Position numbers and translations under genes: made by a program. 64,000 nt of DNA from Enoplolaimus lenunculus (Eukaryota), in NCBI GenBank assembly GCA_030248215.1, contig JASANG010003130.1, positions 310,001 through 374,000 of the forward strand, written 5' to 3'. Numbering within the stretch: the first letter of the stretch is position 1; each line of letters opens with the position of its first letter. Below the pieces are notes generated by a model. The model searched no databases and was not told the origin of the DNA. It worked only from the letters and a program-made list of their open reading frames with translations. Shown here in pieces: positions 26,401-37,900 of this stretch.

Positions 26401-29400
26401 CTCATAGCATTCTCAATAAGCGAACGGGTTGGAGATGCTAATTGAAAATCCTCCATTAAAAATCGAAATTTAAAAATTCAAATTTGGGCATGGAATGAGC
26501 AGTACAGTTTATGTTTAACTCAAATATTAATGAAAAATTTCAAAACAATACCATTTTTGGACAATTACCGGTGGACCGGCGAATAACCGAAGTTTTCAAT
26601 TTTTTGCTAAGTTGCCCACTTTTATCCAAAGAATCATCGCCAAGTCTTGATAGCACCAAGTGTGGATTATACTCTCAGACAAGATTATGCAACTACTATA
26701 GTAATCTGAATAAGAGGGAGTAATAAAAGGGGGTCCCCATTTTGAGTCTCAATCAATAGGAGTATGTATCCCTAGTAAGACTCCGCAAGCGAATAGAGTC
26801 CCTTAGCCGCCCAACCATTTCAGCCCAAGCCGCATTACCATATTGCCCCAATTCGTCCTACCAAATCTACCCTTGCCTCATTACCATATCATTCCAATCC
26901 GCCATACCTCGAATACTAATTCAGAATCGAAAAATTCTATTTACTTTTGTTCAATCCCGACTTTAAATGCATTTACCATTGTCAATTTTATAGTTGAAGG
27001 CAACTTGCATATTATTAAACTCAATATACGTAGTAATTTGAGTTTTGCCCGTTATCTCAAGTTGGAAATTGAATACAAAATTTAATAATATAAGTGCACG
27101 TTGGAATAAGTTTTGAAAATACATTCCTAAGTATAAACTTATTCATTATCGCTCAAGCTTTTCCTACACGACAAATAAACGTTTAATTCACGAATAGCTG
27201 CAATACCAGATAAGGGCGGCGGAATGCTGGTTAAATATAAATAACAGTTCGTAACCAAGTAACAGGGGTACCTTCTGGGGCGTTCAAGTAAATATCAGTC
27301 TCCCCACTCGGATTCTGTGTGCATTGCCCCAACATTTTCAATTTGATGTTTTGTACCATGCATAACCCAGCTAGTTCCATAATCTTGGCTCGATTTCTGA
27401 AACCCAACTAAAGTACAACTTCTCGCTTAAATGATGGACTTGGACATTACTTAATTAATTTATCGTTTACAAAAGTGCACTTATTTTAAGTAAACACTTA
27501 ATTCACTGACCACCTTTGACGTGTAACAAACTGTATATCACCTCAAGCATATTAACCTTGGGTTATTAGTTGAGAAATATATACGCTTAAAAGCTGTCAC
27601 GTTTATTTGTTTTTGAGCAAAAAGTTAACTACTTACTTGAGTTGACAACTTAAGTAGTTACTTAACCACAAACCTAGATGACCTCATTATGACACACGCT
27701 CATAGCTGTTATAGTTTTTTGAGCAACAAGTGAAGTATTTCCTGGGATTGGCAACTTGAGTAATTATGCAAGCATACATTAAGTAAATACTTAAGTAAGA
27801 TTTCAGAAACCCAAACATTGTCTACGACTGATCATTCACTCTTAGTATTACGAACGATTGACAACATGAATTTTATTTTTAGGACTACATACCGAATGCG
27901 GAATGGAAAATGGTTAATATGACGTGCATGTTGAAGCGATCGTTTTATGATTATCAAGTCTACTTAGAATATCCATATATTCGATGTGAAATAAATATTA
28001 CACGTATTGCGTCGTATTATTTGTTCAATTTTGTCATTCCGTCAACACTGATTACTATTTTGGCTCATATTGGAGTTACGTGTCCTGCAGCTGCTGGACC
28101 TGTCCCTCGTCAGGCTAAATTTCAAATTGGTAAGGCTGAACGGTGGAGGCGAGATTTTTGATGAAATCCGTGATATTTTGCACGGGCCAACACTGAAAAC
28201 ATTTAACGAGATTACAATTCTTGCAAGATTTTGACATTAATTTTCTGACGTTTACCACAATGGTGACAAAATAACTTGACACTAGCAAATACACAGGATT
28301 CTGTTTATCAAATAAATATTTATATTTTCAACAGCGAAACGTTCAGGTATACAATAAAATGTCACGAGGTCTCACAGAAACCGTCATAACCTATGGTTAC
28401 CACTCGAAAATTTTCAATTTTCGTCTGTTAACCGCTTAGGTTATGACATTTTCTGTCGCACATCGTGACATTTTATAGTCAAAGAAGCATTTATGCCTTC
28501 TTTCACGTATAAATGTGGCGGCATTTGTGTGTTTCTTTGAATTTACCTGACCAATTTAATATACTTCTTTTCAGGGTTAATGACAATTTTGTCACTGGGT
28601 GTGATTGTTTTAAACTTAGCTGATCGATTACCGAAATCCAGTCACGGCATTTGCAGCATAACTCGATACTATTTTGCGTTAATCTGTACTATTATTATAT
28701 CGTGTTCGCTAAACGGACTCGCATTGAAACTCGACAAAATGGGTTATTATCGCTCGAGGGCTCAAAATACTGGAAACAGAAGACAGTCACCAAGGTATAT
28801 TCACTTTTAGCAACGGCGAAGCATATTCCAAAAGGGCTCGTTGGCCAATTTGCCTTGTTTCGCTCTAAAATTGTATGATGAAAAAAAGCGTGGGTTTAAA
28901 TATATTTCTGCATTCAAAATATTTATTTTAAACACTCATCGGAGGTGCGTTGATGCGCAGGCCCTGTGGCTTACTAGCGTCACAAAAACTTTGCTCGCTG
29001 CGAAGCTCAGTGCTTTTATTGCGGCGGTCCCTGTAATGTGTTCGTAAGTCGAGTGAGACCTATGCACCCGCAGCAAAATTTATGACCGACACAATGTGGC
29101 ATTGAATAAACATAGATTACTTGGAGTACTTAGCCAAACCTGGAAGTTTCAATTAAGTCTGTCAGTCTCTATTAATGTCCGCTTGTCCCTATGTTTCCCA
29201 GTAAACAGGTCCTTATAATAAAATTAGCATGCATCATTTCAGGCTTGAGTCGCGTTCAAGACGCTCTGGGCATCGTACTGTTAGCGCCCGGTTATCGACC
29301 GGTTCAAATGCGCCATGTCTGTTTATGTCGCCACAAGATTTTGAATCTCGAACGAGTGTATCGTACAGCAATAGCGGCGTTGTATCCCAAATTGCAACTG

Positions 29401-30851
29401 CAATTAGTCCGACAACGCGCTGTTCACCGGTTGTTGCTGCTCGGAACCGATTTGCTCCGCAAGATATTGCACCAATCGACGAAGACAATCCGGTTGATTT
29501 CACTACTACAGCCGGCAATAACAACAATACGTGTGAGACGCTATTGTCAGCAACCGGTGACATTTCAAGCCGTACAATAGCAAATAAATGGACTCCTGGC
29601 GCTGGTATTGACGTTCCGCTGGCAATTATGGATCAAGGTAAAGTTAAGACGGAGAAAAATTATTTAATGGACGTTTCAAAACTGTCGCTGGTGCTGTACT
29701 GTTATGACTTTAATAATACGGGCGTGGAAATAAGAATACGCGGTCCGTATTTTGAGTATAGTATTTAGATTATATATATATCCATAATTACAGTCCGTAA
29801 TCAGGTAGAGTCCAAAATTCTTAAGTCCATAAATGTCATTTTTACCCTTATTTATAGATTATATAAATTGTTCGTCCACAAAATAAATTCAGTGCGGAAT
29901 CGGATTATATACTGAAAGTTTATATTATATAAATTTATAAGAGTGCACTCATCAAAGTATATTCCTAACTACAGAGATAATGTATATGAAAAATGTGTGA
30001 GTTGCCAGTAACATGGCGCGAGTTGAAAATAAATAACAGACCGTAACCGAATAACCGTCATAGGATAGTATTTTTCAACGCCTTATTCGGGCCACGACAG
30101 TGTCTATTAATAGATAACGCATTCAAAAGTTAATGGATTGAGCTATAATTATATAGGAAATGTTTTCGTTTTACAAAGCACAGATGACATTTTGATGTGT
30201 CAATTAGCACAAGACCAGGATATTCGTATATGGACCTGTCTCTAATAACATATAGCAAACAAAAGTAGTACTTAGTGTTTAATAGGTTTGAGCGACCATG
30301 AAACGGCTAATTTAACAATTGATTCAAACGAGCCAGCAGGACCGCAGTCGCGTTCTCAAGACAGCGAAACGTGCGATTGCTTTGAAAAACTTATAGTCCC
30401 GACAAGTCGACACGATGCTCGTCAGAAACCAAAATTAAAATTTAAACACGGCTGCTTTCACCGGTGTCGTTGCGCACTGTCGAATGGTAAATCGGCAAAA
30501 AGGTGCTCGCGAACACGGACAACAACACCGGCCAATATTGGCGAAACGTTAGCTTGCTGCGGACTAGAAATGAATTCCGCTCAAATGTTGGTTAAACAAC
30601 ATCAGTCGCGTGGAGAAATTGTTGACACATATTACGATGATCACGGCGGTTGTCACGGATACAATACAGCAAATTCATCGAAATCAAATCGTGGAATTAA
30701 CGTCGTTGGTTGTATGGCGTATATGAAAAAATTAACCTCAGACAGTAATCTGGTATCGTACCAAAATGCTGCACGCATTGTTGATGTTGTTTCATTGGTG
30801 ATTGGATTTGTTATTATTCTCGCAGAGTCATTGTGGTTTTTCAATTTGTGA
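23445..30851 (+). CDS. Pentameric ligand-gated ion channel subunit (nAChR-like topology, Cys-less/Pro-loop type), about 713 aa
   Basis: Tentative signal-peptide exon 23445-23598 (MSLPSCAALKTSNILLVLTLIYTSVPA, GTAAGT donor). Further exons are 24354-24599 (acceptor uncertain, alternative 24392), 25607-25920, 27883-28129, 28575-28794, 29243-29637 and 30286-30851, all phase-consistent. Motifs: PVNVNV, W-x-D-x-R-x-x-W (WIDIRIRW), VWTPDI, FPFDAQ, NAEW, pre-M1 R then YYLFNFVIPS (M1), AKFQIGLMTILSLGVIVLNLADRLP (M2), M3, a long loop, and ARIVDVVSLVIGFVIIL (M4). Confidence 0.88.
24649..25375. mobile_element. TA-flanked Tc1/mariner-pogo-like MITE (TIR ctgtagtgacccgaataa) with a nested insertion, in an LGIC intron
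   Basis: TA|ctgtagtgacccgaataaa ... tttattcgggtcactatag|TA. A cgggta-rich insert at about 24905-25270 resembles 13258-13678. Confidence 0.75.
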
Positions 30852-32354
30852 TACGAGAAAATTTTAATTTTTGGAATATTTTTGAAATTAAACTTTGTTT
30901 TTATTAAGTTGAAATGCAGTGTGGGTTCGAAGTGAAATTGGATTATTCGATTAAATTTTCTAATATACACTTAAGGCGAATAGATTAAACGATTTCAAAT
31001 TTTTGTATAGTTTTGATTTTAAACTCAAGACAACATTGCAAACAGTTTTCACGTTTTTCATATTGTTTTTTGGGAGTAGGACAGGCCCGCAAGCAGTTCA
31101 TCTTTACTAGAGCGGCTAAATATTTTTCGGAGCTGCATACAAGAGCTTTCGATGAGTTAAGCAAGGTTGAAAATATTCTGGGGAAATTCTTTCCAGGAAG
31201 GGCTGAGCCTCCCGCCCCCTCTGGGCACGGGCCCGCAGTAGGATCAGAACAACATTTGCTGACAATGTAATAAATGCTGTTTTCGGACATTTTCAGAAAA
31301 TGATAATAAATATTGAAGCGCTATGCATGTAGAAACGTTTTGTTTTATATTGGGGGAGGTCGAAGTGTGAATACTTGTCCGTCCGACGAGAATCTTGCGA
31401 AACGGTGGACTGATTTGCATATATACTGCATCCGAAGGTTGAAAAATATCGGAGCCAGAGGTAAAAAACTTGCCGGAGCCGGAGGTGAAGCCTTTAGGTG
31501 GGGCGAAATTAGGTAGATAAAATGATGTTCAAATTGATAATTTTAGCAACAAATATTTGTAATGTGTTGTTAATTCGTTTGGTTTTGCGAAATTACGAAA
31601 TCTCGGCCATTCTTTTCTCATTGTGCCAAAACTTAAAATGGAACAGCCAAATAGACAAATGTTGTATTAAAACTGCAAAATTTCACTACCGAAATGGCCG
31701 GAACCTCCGGCAAAAATTCTACCGAAGCCGACGGTTGATTTTCTGCCTGGAGGCAGACCTCCGGTTGTACCCTGAATAAACGGTAAAACCTAAATAGACA
31801 TTTTTTTACATATATATTTTATTATATACTTGATTATTACGTTTACGAAAGATCTGATTTCAGCATCATAGGGTTTTTGTTGACGTGGTATCTTAATAAA
31901 ATATTTATAATTTCCAGAACAGTCTGCTAATCACACAGAATAAAAAAGAATATACTTTGTTGAAAATAGTAGTGATAAGTTGAAAATGTTGGTTTGAACG
32001 TAATTTCTGAAAAACCAGATTTATGCAGCGTTCACGTAATAACTGGGGCAGCTGGGAACGCGTACCTATTACAATAGCGGGTAACAATCTGTCCGTTAAT
32101 TGATCCACTCTCAAATAAAAAAATTGGAATTGTCTGTATATCTTGATGTGACATCTACTGTTTGTACTGCAGTATCACATATGATATTCGAAACATTGTC
32201 TGTCAGTATCGTATTATACGGTTGAAAATGTCTGCAAATTTGTGGTAACCTAGCTTGCGTGTCTGTTAACCCGTGAACTCATAGAGTACACTATGAGCAA
32301 CTAAATACAAATAAGAGAAGGAAAGGAAGGGAAGAGAGGGGGAAACCCCCAAAG

Positions 32355-32579
<225 letters not shown>

Positions 32580-34965
32580 CACCTATATAAGCAATACAGA
32601 CACTGTGAGCAGTGTTTAACAATTCTAACAGAAGTCCAAAATCTCCACAAGACGTTAGAGCCCCCTTGGGCTCGAGCGTTAACCTCCTATAGCTCAGTGG
32701 TCACCGTAAATTTTACCTTGAAATTATATCATAAAATTTGAAAATAATCATGTAAGAAAGGGGTAAGAAAATTTTTTGCAAGAAACAAACGTTGCAGCTA
32801 ATTCAGCGTTCGAAATTACTTAATACAACATGAATCAAAGTTTTTAATATTTTATTAGAGTACAAATTACGTTGTCCTACGTAGTATCATGATATTTAAT
32901 GGAATTTTAGAATATCATGTGATATTTGTATAAATGTCCCGTGATAATACAACGAAAAGTTACATAATCTTTAAGTGATTTCAAACACTGAATTGGCTTA
33001 TAATTTATATTTCTGGCGCAAATTTACCTAAATATATTCGTAACTGAAAATAATTCAAACTTCAAATGTTAGTATATATCATACAGGACATTCAAGCTAT
33101 AAATTACCACAACCTCGCAGATATTTTCAAACATCTCATATATTAACGGACAATTTCTCACAGCGAAAGTCACTCTGTACAATGTTGACGTCGAATCGAC
33201 ATGTAAAAAACGTGTTCATGGGTGCCCCGGTTATAACGTGAACCCCGCATTATTTTGTTACTTTCCTGCACTATATGTTTGTTATTTCAAACAAAAATAA
33301 ACCTGATAAATAATATAAATAATACATGAGAAGTTGTTAACTTTTGGGTGAAAACATTTGTCATTTAAGCCTGAGAAATGTTGGTTTCAATGTAGCAACT
33401 TTCTCAAAAACTAAGCACTGCGATTAGCTTACTCTAAACATATCGCATCTTACGGTCAACTTTCTTAACCCAAAATAAATTTTGATTACAAAATTTTTGA
33501 AACGTTGGTTTGAAGATAATTTTCATCATTGTATAAAACGCTTTTTTTCAAAACGCGAAACGCGTAAGTATTGAACTTACGACACGAATCATAATTTTAT
33601 TAATTAAACAGAAAAACCCATTTTGAGTTTAATAATATATAATATTCAAAAGCATACGAAAAATAAATAACAGCAAAAACTGTTCTTCAGTTTAGTAAAT
33701 CATCGCATCCACCGCGCGATAAAAATAAGTACACTGGCGCTTAGTCTAACATAGTTTGCAAATTACAAGCCAAGCAAAATGCATTAATCCATGAAGAAAA
33801 CTAAACTGTGTTTGCTAGTACAGCAGATACCAGATGACAAGCTAAACTACCTCCAAAATATTGCGAGGTATGACAACGCACGAAGCTGCCTATTTAGAAA
33901 CGAAATGGAACGCAACCACATTATAGTCATACGGACATAAAAGCGCGTTGTATTATCAACGAGGCCGACGCAGGGACGAATCATAATGCAGGACAGTGAA
34001 GCCGAGGCTGCAGAGCGCGCTGTTCAAAGAGCCCGCGGCACCAAAAGCATTCTTACAAAATCACTGACGCCTAAACTTGTAATAAGTTTCCCACGCCTAT
34101 TATGGAGCATGCGGAACAAATCGGCCTGAGGGCCCAGTTAAATCATGATACGCCACTGGACCAATATAGTATAAAACGGCATCCTCACACCAGACAAACT
34201 GAAAAAATCTACATCCGACTCAGGTATTCTGAAAATATCAAACAGATCTAGGAAGTCGCAAATCTAAAGTTTACTACGAGACACCAGTCGATACGTGCTT
34301 TCAATGCCTATTGGCCTAAAAATAACCAACAGAAAAAAACAACAAACTGAATGTAATTATAAGTTTTAGTTTTTATTAAATGTATAAATGCAATTTGTCC
34401 AAGGATATACTTTGATACGGCCGAATAGTTAGCAATTAAGTTAACCATTAACTGAAGGATGGAACGTTCTCATGCCCAAAAATAATTTTAAACACTGCCT
34501 GGAGTTGAATTGCCTTCCTAGCGAATAGTCCTGAAACATGGACCACGTGGTGCAAACATTTAACCAATGGCCTCGTTGCGAGCGCAATCCAATTTTTACA
34601 AAATCGGTGTTTGTTTCCGTTTCCGTTATAGAAATACCGAAAATGTTAATTTTTATGGTCAAAATTAAATAAAAATAACGTACATATCTAACAATTTTTC
34701 ATTACAAATATGCTGCAATTGTTCGATATGAGGCAAAAATAACGAAATATATCCAAAATCTTAAAGATTTATATGCATCCGCTATTTTTTTAAGTTTCAA
34801 AAACCCAGTGATTATATGCATTTCTCGTGTGTGTTAGCAGAAAAATAAAACATATTTGAAACTTTAATACTTCAATATTCTTTTCCGTTTCCGCGCATTT
34901 TGATGGCTATCCGCTTCCGTTACTTTAACAATCCGTTTGCACATTGAGCATAGACCACAAGCTTT

Positions 34966-37900
34966 CTATCTGCCATGATTAACATCATCAGAATTAAGAT
35001 TGTTCAAGCTTTGTTCTCGTCGCAGTGTCAAGGCAGTGTTATGACCATCTTTCATCCGATTGACAATGTATAACATAAGTGTTGACCACGCGGCGTGTTG
35101 TACTTGATTTCTAAAACAAGACACAAAAAAAACCATCATTTTTGAATATGGCCGCAGCGGGGCTGGTTGATCTAGAATAACTCAAGCGAACGAAAAGCTT
35201 ACGGTTTATATCTGCCACAAATTTTTTGACATACGAGTACCCATTTTTATGAATGATGCAGATGTCTGAACTTTTCCTGCATACATACAGCATCATTTGG
35301 GACGCTGTCTAAATTTTGCATACAAAATAATGAAAAATGCACTTATAATAACGGATATATGCAGCACAAGTCTCTATTTGAGCGCTCAGCTGTGATAGTC
35401 GAGTGCACAGATCGAACTGAGGAGTTTGGTCGCACTGTTCGACGAATGATTCTACTGCGCAGAGCGACACTTGTTGTCGGGGCGTCATGGGACCGCTTGA
35501 AAAATGATTCATAAGACGGAGCGTGGCGGATGCAGCCCATCCCTTTTATATCTTTGGCTGAGCCGTCGGACTAAATGCTTGAAATTTCAGAGTATGAATT
35601 CAAATCCGAGTTTAGCCATAGATTTATGTATTGTGTAATTGTTTTTTATTCGAGCATGGTAATTTCTCTGAATATAACGTCCTTCAAATACGGTTTAAAC
35701 CAAAAACATTAAGCCCGACACTTAGGCGATGCATTCACCCATCGTCTACTAACCTTTCGGTGTTGGTACCTTCAGTCGCCCAACCAGTTGTTCTTGCAAT
35801 CATAGCTTTTGCGAACACATCCCAGTATTCTATCGAAAAACCGGACTCTCGATGACTCGCGTGTTCTGATCCAAGATCATAAAGAAGTTGATGGACTTCG
35901 CGATCCAGGCAGTCAATGTTACGTACGACGACGTCCAAAACGTTCGTAAAACGATGCGCATGAACGCGAAAATCCAACGGCTCAGAAGTGGTATTAGACG
36001 CTGGAGTTGAGCTTCGCCGCCCTGAATGCGATCCAGACGACACTGAGGTACCAAAGGTTGTGGAAGCTGTAAAATAAATAACTACAAGGTCGGTAACATA
36101 GTGAAAGTAGCAGCATAGTGCTTACCCCGCACCCCTTACCCCACATGAAACGGGTCCCTCAAATTTTTTAAACGTAAGATTTCTATTTCAAACTTTTAAT
36201 TCGTCCGAAGAAATATCGTCTGGTTTCTACCTCGTTTTGTTACAGAAGTTCCTTACCTATTCCGCCCCTGTTGTATATAATTTTTGCTCTGCTAAAACGT
36301 ATTATATAATGTATTGAAAGTTATTCTACCAAACGGCCCGCCCCAAACTAGAATTTTTTAAACTGGAATCAACGCTGAAAATGCGTCTGCGTACTCGCTC
36401 CCTACGGTCGCAAAATTTTTGCAACTCATCCACATTAGGGCAGACGATTTGACTTGATCCACGTCACAACTCACTACACGTAATGTTTCAATATATTCCA
36501 TGTGAAGACATAGCCAAGGAAGTTTTCAGATGTAAAATCAGCCATTTGCGATTTTGTTCAGGGGTTTTAGACAAGGTATCAATTTTCCACACAACAAGCC
36601 CGTTCGACTTTTTTATAAAACAACCCTTTTCCAAAATCCTGGCTGCGCGCATGCTTCTAGGCGTCTACGTTGGCCCCCAAAGGTACAAAACAAACAATCC
36701 TATGCCGAATTAGATATTTTTGAGTCGGTCAGCAAATTAAATAAAGAACTTAGAAGAACTGGGGAGAGAACGTTTACTAACTTCGGCGGCTGGCTCCTTA
36801 TATTAACTTTGAAACAGGAACTTGTATTTTCTTATATTTTACCCGCAGCAAGCGCAATGTGACAATGCCCGGATTTCAAAATCCTGGAATTGTATTATAA
36901 ACCTGGAGCAGGATCATTTAGTCCATAGTTCAAATAGAATAAAAATTTGAACCAAACCGTGCTCAAAACAAAATATTTTAAAACAGAAAACAAAAGTTTT
37001 CCAAACCAAACAAAATTGTCAATATGTGTCATTCAACAGTAGCCTAGTCAAACAAGATATTATACATAGAAGGCAACTTTGTCCTCATATTAATGCAATC
37101 GCAAACATCATTTTTGGAAAACAGTGTTGTTTCGCAATTTCAAAGTGTGCTATAAAACAAACAGAAATCGTTTTTCGGCACCCACATCCAACAGCCCTCC
37201 TAGCTCCTCAAGTGCTCGGTCAGGCACTCTTGCTAATGCAAGGGCCTTCCAGACCAAGGGCCAATTCTTGCTGCAGCTGCTGTTGGTAGTTACTAGTTCG
37301 TTTTAACAGTAGACTCCAGTATAGTTAGAAATTGATTATTGTTGATCAAAGCACGTTCAAGTTCAACTTTACTTAGAGTTCGCTGATATGCTCGCTCGTC
37401 TTTTGTTCCTGCACTATTTTTACGCTGTGCTGTAGCCGTGATGTATGGAAAGCCGCATAAGTAATGTATACAGTTTCAGCAGGCCTAGGGATCTTGCGGG
37501 TCCACTGTAAAAAACCACGGTGAATTCAGGGCTAAATCACGATTACCCGGTCTGTACGACAGGGTTTATTGGTCTAGTTGATGACCGGTGCAGTATTCGC
37601 CGTTCAATTCGTTCAACAGAATTACTAATGTTCGCCCGCAACCGTAATATATTTATTTGGACCTGGTGCAATGTGTCAATGGTGTGGTTACAAATTCTAG
37701 TAATAATTACATGCAATGCTAAGTTAATACACAATAATATTAATTGTAATAGCGTCCAGGATTCCATACATTAATTGTTAAAATATCTCATAATTTTATT
37801 TTAATTATTACCCTGATCCCTCCGTTGCCACCGAAATGTAACGTGGTACGATGGGACTAATCTAACTTCTTTTAGTATCGCCGCTGCACAGGCAGGCGAG

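Noticed and set aside
23445..30851. Recent bacterial origin or contamination to explain the Cys-less channel
   Set aside because: The gene has multiple spliceosomal introns containing host MITEs and a long M3-M4 loop, which GLIC/ELIC-type channels lack.
29191..30970. Overlapping alternative-frame and antisense ORFs
   Set aside because: Shadows of the channel's coding exons, with no recognisable motifs.
37100..37505. Exon-like minus-strand segment in globin intron 1
   Set aside because: Stop codons in all frames; more likely the decayed 3' part of the nearby pogo-type transposase.
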